From contig NZ_CP157399.1 in assembly GCF_047652685.1 (NCBI RefSeq), forward strand, positions 1,174,916 through 1,198,915: a DNA stretch of 24,000 nt, in the 5' to 3' direction. Made by a program: the position numbers and the translations under genes. Of the stretch, positions 8,043-14,564 are shown one piece after another. Numbering within the stretch: the first letter of the stretch is position 1; every line of letters starts with the position of its first letter. Below the pieces are notes generated by a model. It saw nothing but the letters and a program-made list of their open reading frames with translations. It searched no databases and was not told where the DNA came from. Source of the stretch: Dehalobacter sp. CP (GTDB taxonomy: Bacteria > Bacillota > Desulfitobacteriia > Desulfitobacteriales > Syntrophobotulaceae).

Positions 8043-8297
8043 ATGGCAAAATATTCTTATAAACAACGTCTGGAAGCAGTAATGAAAGTAACCGAAAAAC
8101 ACATGTCATGTAAAGCTGTTGGGAGATTACTCGGATGCGGAGATACACATGTACGACGCTGGGTAAAACGGTATGAAAACTTTGGAGTTGAGGGGTTAAT
8201 ACGAAAACCCAGAATTTCACCTATGATCATGAAAACGATGAATATATTGCTTAGCACCATCCAAAAAATTGTAAAAAATTTTAAAACTATCACGTAA
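8043..8297 (+). pseudogene. IS3-family transposase OrfA N-terminal HTH fragment (truncated remnant)
   Basis: MAKYSYKQRLEAVMKVTEKHMSCKAVGRLLGCGDTHVRRWVKRYENFGVEGLIRKPR resembles the IS3/IS150 OrfA HTH N-terminus. After about residue 58 the sequence is low-complexity and AT-rich, with no OrfB, frameshift site or DDE region downstream. Confidence 0.65.
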
Positions 8298-8421
8298 AGT
8301 ACTTGTATACTCATGTGATTTGTGATATATTATACATGTCGGACGGTGGTATGACCACCTGATAAGTTACAATAGGATGAACGAGAATTTTATTTAATTT
8401 GGTGTCCAAAAAATTATTATA

Positions 8422-8458
8422 GAAAATGACCGGTACGTGTTCAGCCGGTCATTTTTCA
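8422..8458. terminator. Bidirectional-looking intrinsic terminator hairpin
   Basis: GAAAATGACCGG (8422-8433) pairs with CCGGTCATTTTT (8445-8456) across an 11-nt loop, giving an A-tract on the 5' side and a T-tract on the 3' side. Confidence 0.55.
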
Positions 8459-8465
8459 TTAATGT

Positions 8466-8494
8466 TTGACTTATGCCTGATTAGAGAGTATATT
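8466..8494 (+). promoter_or_regulatory. Candidate sigma-A promoter for corA
   Basis: TTGACT (8466-8471), a 17-nt spacer, then TATATT (8489-8494). This is the strongest consensus match seen in the window. Confidence 0.6.
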
Positions 8495-8499
8495 TTTTA

Positions 8500-8791
8500 T
8501 AGGCTTCGAAAGACTTTTGAAACATTAGAGTCTTTTTTCAGTGAAACGAAGGCGGCTGCCAACGGCTTGGCATCAGCCAAATTTTCTAAATGAAAGCAGG
8601 TGAGAAAACTGGACGGTGACGGTTCCTACGGAGGAATAGAAATCTACAATAGTATAAAGCAGGAAAAAGTCTTAGTTTTCTTACGATTACAATTTTTTGA
8701 AGACTGAAAGATCATCGTTTTGTCATCAAGTAGATAGCTTTTTTCATTCGGATTCTGAGACTTTCTTCCTGCGGAAAACGGGGGGGAAGCT
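8500..8791 (+). promoter_or_regulatory. Long structured 5' leader of corA (class unassigned; possible cation-responsive element)
   Basis: About 290 nt between the promoter and GTG 8792, with no credible ORF. A 17-bp long-range helix forms between 8659-8675 and 8755-8772. An early hairpin plus T-run lies at 8509-8538. AAGACT/AGTCTT complements recur. CTTCC (8765-8769) is complementary to the RBS GGAAG (8785-8789). Confidence 0.4.
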
Positions 8792-9745
8792 GTGCTCAGA
8801 ATCTATAAAAATGATGGAATTAATTACCAAGAACATGACCTGAAAAGCCTGACGCGAAATGCCTGGGTCAACCTTGTTAATCCTGCGCCAGATGAACTTG
8901 TTCTGATTGCGGAAAAAACCAATTGCCCGCTTGATTTTCTTAAAGCGGCGCTTGATGAAGAAGAACGTCCACGTATTGAAATTGAGGATGATTCTGCGCT
9001 TATTCTTATTAATATACCGGTCATGTTAAGTGAGACGAGTTATGATACGTTGCCTTTGGGTATCGTTATAACGCCCGAAAACATTATCACGGTATGTCTC
9101 GAAAATAACCCCGTTGTTCTCGAATTTAATGAGTATAACCGGCGGTCTTTCAATACGGCCAAGCGAACAAGGTTTTTGTTCCAGATCCTCTATAAGTCCG
9201 CGACGTATTATTTAAGATATCTACGCCAAATCAGCAGGTTAAGTGAACAAATTGAAGTGGATCTGCGCAGAACCATGAAAAACAAACAACTATTCGAACT
9301 GATGGATCTCCAGCAGGGTTTAACGTACTTTACTTCCTCGCTTCGTTCCAATGGCATTGTTATGGATCGGCTGCTGCGTATCCGCTCGAATAATCAGTGC
9401 CGGCATCTCATTCAGATTCATGAAGAAGATGAAGATTTGCTGGAAGATGTCATCATTGAAAATAATCAGGCTGTTCAGATGGTTGAGATGTACAGCAGGA
9501 TCCTTACGAATCTGACAGATACGTTTGCATCCATTATTTCGAATAACTTGAATATGGTCATGAAATTCTTAACGTCGATGACGATTATTTTAGCGATTCC
9601 GACGATGATCGCAAGTTTCTGGGGGATGAATGTCAATGTCCCTTTCCGCGATTCAAATCCATATGGGTTTGTCTTCGTCGTGGCGATTGCTGCGCTGGTT
9701 ACGGGAACTGCAGTATATATCCTGATTCGAAGGAAGATACTATAA
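8792..9745 (+). CDS. corA: Magnesium/cobalt transporter CorA
   Basis: 317 aa. Cytoplasmic N-domain, then two C-terminal TM helices carrying the signature FWGMNVNVPF (GMN motif). GTG start behind GGGGGGAAG. Confidence 0.92.
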   Translation: MLRIYKNDGINYQEHDLKSLTRNAWVNLVNPAPDELVLIAEKTNCPLDFLKAALDEEERPRIEIEDDSALILINIPVMLSETSYDTLPLGIVITPENIITVCLENNPVVLEFNEYNRRSFNTAKRTRFLFQILYKSATYYLRYLRQISRLSEQIEVDLRRTMKNKQLFELMDLQQGLTYFTSSLRSNGIVMDRLLRIRSNNQCRHLIQIHEEDEDLLEDVIIENNQAVQMVEMYSRILTNLTDTFASIISNNLNMVMKFLTSMTIILAIPTMIASFWGMNVNVPFRDSNPYGFVFVVAIAALVTGTAVYILIRRKIL

Positions 9746-9790
9746 GAAAAGATGTTCAGTCTAAGAAAAAAGATATTCAGTCTAAGATGG
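9743..9790. repeat. Tandem duplication (19 nt + 21 nt + partial unit) beginning at the corA stop codon
   Basis: TAAGAAAAGATGTTCAGTC (9743-9761), TAAGAAAAAAGATATTCAGTC (9762-9782), TAAGATGG (9783-9790). The last corA codons (AAGATACTATAA) resemble the unit. Confidence 0.8.
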
Positions 9791-9812
9791 CGCTTCATTT
9801 GAGGCGCTTTTC
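9790..9812 (+). terminator. Intrinsic terminator of corA
   Basis: GCGCTTC-attt-GAGGCGC (7 bp including one G-U pair, 9790-9807), followed by TTTT at 9808-9811. Confidence 0.6.
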
Positions 9813-9838
9813 CTATTACTTTATATACTCAAAATCAA

Positions 9839-9986
9839 CGCCATGTAGTCTATCCGCGCCCAAGCGGAGCACGATGCGGAGCGCGGCTTTTTGACGGCCA
9901 CGGATGGCCTAATGTCGCGGTGCCATGGATAGGAGCGACGCGCCAAGGAGGGCGCAATAGCCGAAGAGCGGTTAGGGTACATGGCG
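9839..9986 (-). repeat. Copy A of a terminal-inverted-repeat-bounded, GC-rich multi-hairpin element (inverted relative to copy B at 13148-13364)
   Basis: The ends CGCCATGTA (9839-9847) and TACATGGCG (9978-9986) are inverted repeats. The core 9896-9939 is the reverse complement of the core of 13216-13265. Internal hairpins lie at 9854-9886, 9896-9909, 9914-9939 and 9940-9955. Confidence 0.75.
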
Positions 9987-10000
9987 TAAACCCAAAATGA

Positions 10001-10037
10001 TAAGAAAATACCGCTAATAGTTTTGTGAGCTATTAGC
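10001..10037 (-). terminator. Intrinsic terminator of the DUF2148 gene
   Basis: GCTAATAG (10013-10020) pairs with CTATTAGC (10030-10037). On the minus strand the hairpin is followed by GGTATTTTCTTA. Confidence 0.5.
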
Positions 10038-10090
10038 AGTATACGAATACAAAAGATTCTTTACAAAAAAGACTAAGTAAGAACAGAACA

Positions 10091-10609
10091 TTAACGGTCA
10101 AAATAGATGTTTTTGCTGCTCGCATTCAGCGGGATTGCGACAGCGATATCCCCCTCAATTAACCCTATTTTTTTCGCAACGGCACCTGCGGAATACATGA
10201 TGCGGTTATCCGCGTTGAGCGTTCCGGCTGTCTTTACGGCAGACCCGAGTGCAATACCCAGGTCAATCAGGCGCCAGGGACAAAGCGGACCGTTAAATTC
10301 CGGCCCTTGCGCGACAGCTTCGAGCATCGTGCAGTTTGGATGGCCGCAGGCGCCGCAGTTTAAGCCGGCATGTTTGGCATCCTTCAGAGAAAGTAAAACC
10401 AGCGCCTGAGAATTACGTATATTGGCAGCATCACGGTTGAAAAACTTCTTCCCGTTTTCCTCGCTGCACTTCGACATTTCATCGGCCAGATAAGTCATTA
10501 CAGCTGGTTCTGTAATGACCTTTACATTTATGTAATCCTGTCCTTTTGCTTTCGGTGCGGTGACTGCGGACAAAGCCATAAGCTCAGCTACGGTTTTCAT
10601 AATTTCCAT
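10091..10609 (-). CDS. DUF2148 ferredoxin-like domain protein
   Basis: 172 aa. AVTAPKAKGQD..., the Cys motif GLNCGACGHPNC...C, and IDLGIALGSAVKTA are as I recall for the DUF2148 family common in anaerobes. It is one of only two minus-strand genes, the other being the 20942-21961 membrane gene. Confidence 0.75.
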   Translation of the reverse strand: MEIMKTVAELMALSAVTAPKAKGQDYINVKVITEPAVMTYLADEMSKCSEENGKKFFNRDAANIRNSQALVLLSLKDAKHAGLNCGACGHPNCTMLEAVAQGPEFNGPLCPWRLIDLGIALGSAVKTAGTLNADNRIMYSAGAVAKKIGLIEGDIAVAIPLNASSKNIYFDR

Positions 10610-10750
10610 ATTCCTGTTTCTCCCTTCAAAATTGTGCGCTGTTCTAGTGTTTTTGATATTTTGTAAGTATAATAGTACTATTATTATAACGAATTACCAG
10701 AACTTTGTAAAAATCTGCACGCCATTATATTCATATTTTTAAGATCGACA

Positions 10751-10772
10751 AGGGTATTTAAAGGGTATTTAA
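10751..10772. repeat. Perfect 2 x 11-bp tandem repeat abutting the xseA RBS
   Basis: AGGGTATTTAA (10751-10761) and AGGGTATTTAA (10762-10772), followed by ATGAGGTGG (RBS) and TTG 10789. Confidence 0.9.
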
Positions 10773-10788
10773 ATGAGGTGGAACTGAT

Positions 10789-12036
10789 TTGAACGAAAGA
10801 ATACTGACGGTATCGGAAATCAACCGGGAAATCAATGACGCGCTTAAAAAACATAACCGTCTATGGAATTGCTGGGTGACAGGCGAGATATCCAATTTTA
10901 AAGATCATATTCCGTCAGGTCACTGGTATTTTACGCTAAAAGACAAAGAAGCCGGCATAAAAACCGTGATGTTTAAAACCAGGAATCTGACGGCTGGTTT
11001 TCAGCCTCAAAATGGGATGAAAGTGCTGGTCCGGGGAAGTATCCGTCTTTATGAAAAAGACGGCAGCGTCCAGCTGTATGCGGAAGAAATCTACCCGAGC
11101 GGCCTCGGGGCATTATACCTGGCATTTGAACAGCTAAAGAGCCGCTTGGCTGCCGAAGGACTGTTTGCCGCAGAGCAGAAGAAACCGATCCCAAGATTTC
11201 CTTCGAGGGTGGCCATCGTCACCAGTCCTACCGGAGCGGCACTGAAGGACATCTTGCATATTGCCCGAAGACGCAATCCATTGGTTTCATTAATCATTAT
11301 TCCTTCTGCGGTTCAGGGTGAGGCAGCACCGGCAGAAATCGTCCGAGCCATTCAGCGAGCCAATCATTATGGAGAGATTGACCTGCTGATTATCGGCAGG
11401 GGAGGCGGTTCCCTGGAAGAGTTATGGGCTTTCAACACCGAGGAGGTGGCAAGAGCCATTGCTACTTCCCGTATACCGGTCGTTTCCGCTGTCGGTCATG
11501 AGGTCGATTATACGATTGCAGATTTCGTTGCCGATCTAAGAGCGCCGACGCCGTCAGCTGCTGCAGAATTGGTCATTCCGGTCCTTAATGAATTGCAAGA
11601 CGGTATCCGTTATTATGAAGAAAAGCTCAAACAAAGGATCCAAAACGTTCTGCGAACCAAAAGGCATAAAGTGGAAGAATTGATGTCTAACTCGGCTTTG
11701 GCCCGCCCGGGCTGGCGTGTCGAACAATCCAGACAGAATTTGGATTATCTCTCCACGCGTCTTGTCGAGGGAATGACTGGATTTCTGACAGAAAAAAATG
11801 GTATACTTAGGTTGTTAAGCGCGAAAATTGACTTATTAAGTCCCTTGAATATACTGGGAAGAGGATATTCTTTAGCCTATGATATCGAGGGGAAATTAAT
11901 CAAAACGGTAAGACAGGCCACAGCAGGGGATGCTTTATCCGTGCGGCTCAGTGACGGGACATTAATCTGCGAAGTTACAGATACAGAAGAACTTCAAACG
12001 TCAAGCGATTCAAACGTCAAGAGAGGATTACCATGA
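10789..12036 (+). CDS. xseA: Exodeoxyribonuclease VII large subunit
   Basis: 415 aa. N-terminal OB-fold pattern (LTVSEINREIN...WVTGEISNFKDHIPSGHWYFTLKD). Catalytic region RIAIVTSPTGAA-like (RVAIVTSPTGAALKD). GRGGGSLEELWAFN. TTG start behind GAGGTGG. Confidence 0.93.
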   Translation: MNERILTVSEINREINDALKKHNRLWNCWVTGEISNFKDHIPSGHWYFTLKDKEAGIKTVMFKTRNLTAGFQPQNGMKVLVRGSIRLYEKDGSVQLYAEEIYPSGLGALYLAFEQLKSRLAAEGLFAAEQKKPIPRFPSRVAIVTSPTGAALKDILHIARRRNPLVSLIIIPSAVQGEAAPAEIVRAIQRANHYGEIDLLIIGRGGGSLEELWAFNTEEVARAIATSRIPVVSAVGHEVDYTIADFVADLRAPTPSAAAELVIPVLNELQDGIRYYEEKLKQRIQNVLRTKRHKVEELMSNSALARPGWRVEQSRQNLDYLSTRLVEGMTGFLTEKNGILRLLSAKIDLLSPLNILGRGYSLAYDIEGKLIKTVRQATAGDALSVRLSDGTLICEVTDTEELQTSSDSNVKRGLP

Positions 12037-12269
12037 AAAAGAATAGCGATAAAGAAGCCTTCAGCTTCGAAAAGGGGATCGAAAGGCTGGAACAAATCAT
12101 TAATGATCTGGATCAGAACAATGTGCAGCTCGAGCAAGCCCTGGACTTGTTTGGGGAAGGAATTAAGCTGATCAAACAATGTAACGGCCTTCTGGATTCG
12201 GCCGAAGCAAAGGTCAAAGTCTTGTTAGAAAATAGTAAAGGTGAACTGGTAGTGACCGATCAAGATTAG
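12033..12269 (+). CDS. xseB: Exodeoxyribonuclease VII small subunit
   Basis: 78 aa. FEKGIERLEQIINDLDQNNVQLEQALDLFGEGIKLIKQC is the XseB helical hairpin signature. ATGA overlap with xseA. Confidence 0.92.
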   Translation: MKKNSDKEAFSFEKGIERLEQIINDLDQNNVQLEQALDLFGEGIKLIKQCNGLLDSAEAKVKVLLENSKGELVVTDQD

Positions 12270-12284
12270 GAGTACAGACTGAAA

Positions 12285-13151
12285 ATGTTCAAAGAACGCT
12301 ATAATGACTATTTGAATATGGTTGAACAATATCTCAATTATTTGCCGCTGGATCAGAGTATCCTGGGCAGGAGCATGAATTATTCCCTGGTCGGGGGAGG
12401 CAAAAGGATTCGGCCCGTATTGGCGCTGGCCTGCGCGGAGCTTGTCGGCGGACGGCCTGAAGAGCTTGTCTCAGAAGCTGCCGCGATCGAGCTTATCCAC
12501 ACCTATTCCCTGATTCATGACGATCTTCCAGCCATGGATGATGATGATTATCGCAGAGGTAAGCTGTCGAACCATAAAGTATTCGGAGAAGCCGGAGCCG
12601 TTTTGGCCGGCGATGCCTTGCTTACACTTGCTTTTGAGCTGCTGACCGAGCCTTCGGCAATAGAGCCTCAGAAAAAATTAAGAGTTATCAGAGAGACAGC
12701 CCAGGCTGCCGGCTGGCAGGGCATGGTCGGCGGGCAGAGCCTTGATACACTTGGAAACCTGGAAAACAACACGCTGGCTGATATTGAGCAGGTCCATCAT
12801 TTAAAGACTGGCGCTCTTCTAAAGGCTTCAGCGCGTCTTGGCGCAATTCTAGGCGGAGGATCGGAGCCGGAGATTGAAATTTTGACAAGCTATGCTTTAT
12901 ACTTGGGATTAGCCTTTCAAATTAAAGACGATATTCTTGATGTTGTAGGAGAAAGTGCGGTCATCGGCAAATCCGCCGGTAAGGACCAAAAATCCGGCAA
13001 ACCGACCTATACGTCACTGCTGGGACTTGAGGGGGCCAGGGAGCAACTGGAAAAAACGGTCTTTCTGGCGAAAGAATCCCTGTCTTGTTTTGGCCCGAAA
13101 GCAGCGTTTTTATTATCCCTGGCTGACTACACCGCTGAAAGAACAAACTAG
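12285..13151 (+). CDS. ispA: Farnesyl diphosphate synthase (polyprenyl synthetase family)
   Basis: 288 aa. First Asp-rich motif LIHDDLPAMDDDDYRRG. Second motif FQIKDDILD. GKRIRP near the N-terminus. Conserved position after xseB. Confidence 0.9.
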   Translation: MFKERYNDYLNMVEQYLNYLPLDQSILGRSMNYSLVGGGKRIRPVLALACAELVGGRPEELVSEAAAIELIHTYSLIHDDLPAMDDDDYRRGKLSNHKVFGEAGAVLAGDALLTLAFELLTEPSAIEPQKKLRVIRETAQAAGWQGMVGGQSLDTLGNLENNTLADIEQVHHLKTGALLKASARLGAILGGGSEPEIEILTSYALYLGLAFQIKDDILDVVGESAVIGKSAGKDQKSGKPTYTSLLGLEGAREQLEKTVFLAKESLSCFGPKAAFLLSLADYTAERTN

Positions 13152-13364
13152 TACCATGTAACCCCTAAATCTTATATATCCTGGCGGCCGATTTCTTTTC
13201 ATACTGCGTTGTCTTGTCGCTCCTATGCCATCCATGGCATCCGCGACATTTGTCCATCCGTGGACTTCAATCGCCATACACTCGGTATGGCTCAATCCTC
13301 CGCCTTGTCTTAAAAGAAATCTGCTCACCATTATATTACAATTTTAGGGGTTACAAGGTACTAG
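13148..13364 (+). repeat. Copy B of the inverted-repeat-closed multi-hairpin element (possible structured RNA or MITE-like element)
   Basis: The 22-nt arms CTAGTACCATGTAACCCCTAAA (13148-13169) and TTTAGGGGTTACAAGGTACTAG (13343-13364) match at 21/22. A nested 10-bp helix forms between 13190-13199 and 13312-13321. Hairpins lie at 13216-13247, 13252-13265 and 13273-13291. The left arm contains the ispA stop codon (13149-13151). Confidence 0.75.
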
Positions 13365-13450
13365 ATAAAAATGACGAATGACGGGAACAATGACAGAAAC
13401 ATCATATGATAGAAAAAATTAATCAGGATGAGAGAGGATGATTCATCGCT

Positions 13451-13909
13451 ATGAACCCAGTCTCTTCGATATTGAACAACAATATCATGTGGGTTTCGCT
13501 TTTTGCCTGGATACTTGCCCAATTCTTAAAGATCCTGATCAATTTTGTGATTGAGAAGGAATGGGACTTTGATCTTCTGACAAGTTCCGGCGGATTTCCA
13601 AGTTCGCATACAGCGATTGTCTGTGCCTTGGCCATCAGCATTGGCAAAACCGACGGCTGGGGATCTTCTCTGTTTGCGATTGCTGTTACGCTGGCTGTTA
13701 TTGTCATGTATGATGCTGCCGGTGTCCGGCGCGCAGCCGGAAATCATGCCAGAATTATCAACTATCTTGTGGAATGGATGCGGCAGCACCCGACAGATTT
13801 TTTGGGTTATAATATTCAAGAGGAAAAGTTTAAGGAACTAATCGGTCATACGCCTTTTGAAGTGTTTGGCGGCGCAATTCTAGGCTGCGCAGTCGGTTTG
13901 ATCTTTTAG
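13451..13909 (+). CDS. Divergent PAP2-family membrane protein (DUF212, YuiD-like)
   Basis: 152 aa. LTSSGGFPSSHTAIVCALA and VIVMYDAAGVRRAAGNHARIIN match the YuiD/DUF212 motifs (TGGMPSSHSA, MFDATGVRRHAG). Confidence 0.85.
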   Translation: MNPVSSILNNNIMWVSLFAWILAQFLKILINFVIEKEWDFDLLTSSGGFPSSHTAIVCALAISIGKTDGWGSSLFAIAVTLAVIVMYDAAGVRRAAGNHARIINYLVEWMRQHPTDFLGYNIQEEKFKELIGHTPFEVFGGAILGCAVGLIF

Positions 13910-13947
13910 TGACGCCAGAATGCAGCGCATTCTCGTGTCGCTATTTT
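13909..13947 (+). terminator. Hairpin with T-rich tail between the DUF212 gene and the downstream membrane-protein gene (possible partial terminator or attenuator)
   Basis: The inner stem AGAATGC-agc-GCATTCT (13917-13933) extends outward with one mismatch and two G-U pairs to 13909/13941. TATTTT follows. Confidence 0.4.
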
Positions 13948-13985
13948 GAGAACGGGGTATAGGATTAGAAAGGCAGGATAGACTT

Positions 13986-14564
13986 TTGGTTCGCAAGAAA
14001 CAAAGTGTTCGCTATATTATTACCGTATTTATTGCCACGTTTTTTATTGCTTCACTTCTGGGAAGCGGAACAGAGGCTTTTTTAAGGTTTTTTCCGGTAA
14101 GCCTGACCTGGATATTGCTGATGGTTGTGATTACGATCGGAATCCTGTTTGATATCATCGGTATTGCGGTGACGGCTGCTGATGAAGCGCCTCACCATGC
14201 CCGGGCAGCCAAAAAAATTTTTGGTGCCAAGCAGTCTGTCTATTTAATCAAACACGCCGATAAAGTCGCCAATTTTGCCAATGATATTGTCGGCGATATC
14301 ACGGGAACATTAAGCGGGGCAATGGGCGCGACCATTATTTTAAGCTTAATCGCTAAATTTTCTGTTTTAAGTACCTGGAAGGTACTTTTAAATGTGTTGA
14401 TTTTGGCCTTGATTGCTTCGCTTACTGTGACGGGAAAGGCCTGGGGCAAAACCATTGCGATTAACGAAGCAAATCGGATTGTTGATATGACCGGCAGAGT
14501 GATTGCCAGTGTGGAAAAGGTAACCGGACTGAGCATGACAAAAAACAAACGAGGAGGAAAATAA
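13986..14564 (+). CDS. Small 4-TM membrane protein of unknown function, in the position where I recall oapA lying in OLE-containing Firmicutes (possible OapA-like or DUF21-like protein)
   Basis: 192 aa. TTG start behind AAAGGCAGGA. Four hydrophobic helices. Basic loop AADEAPHHARAAKKIFGAKQ and basic tail TKNKRGGK. The stop at 14562-14564 lies 1 nt before the dxs TTG at 14566, and the dxs RBS GAGGAGG lies inside its 3' end. Confidence 0.7.
   Translation: MVRKKQSVRYIITVFIATFFIASLLGSGTEAFLRFFPVSLTWILLMVVITIGILFDIIGIAVTAADEAPHHARAAKKIFGAKQSVYLIKHADKVANFANDIVGDITGTLSGAMGATIILSLIAKFSVLSTWKVLLNVLILALIASLTVTGKAWGKTIAINEANRIVDMTGRVIASVEKVTGLSMTKNKRGGK

Noticed and set aside
8426-8593. 55-aa ORF (MTGTCSAGHFSLMFDL...) in the IS-remnant/corA intergenic region.
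   Set aside because: It has no RBS. It starts inside the terminator hairpin and runs across the corA promoter. It has no recognisable motif.
8500-8791. Calling the corA leader a canonical M-box (ykoK) riboswitch.
   Set aside because: Only scattered matches to the remembered consensus (GCUGCC, AGGUGA...CUGGA, UAAAGC) are present. They are partly out of order, and the conserved GUUAGGUGAGGC start is absent. I kept it as an unclassified structured leader instead.
13113-13331. 72-aa minus-strand ORF spanning repeat copy B and the 3' end of ispA.
   Set aside because: It has no RBS and overlaps ispA. Its frame is created by the GC-rich hairpins of the repeat, and it is not conserved in copy A.
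13152-13985. Presence of a canonical ~600-nt OLE RNA upstream of the 4-TM gene.
   Set aside because: Most of this interval is a clearly real DUF212/YuiD-like coding sequence. The remaining non-coding stretches (299 nt and 76 nt) are too short. I cannot recall enough OLE primary sequence to test for a fragment.
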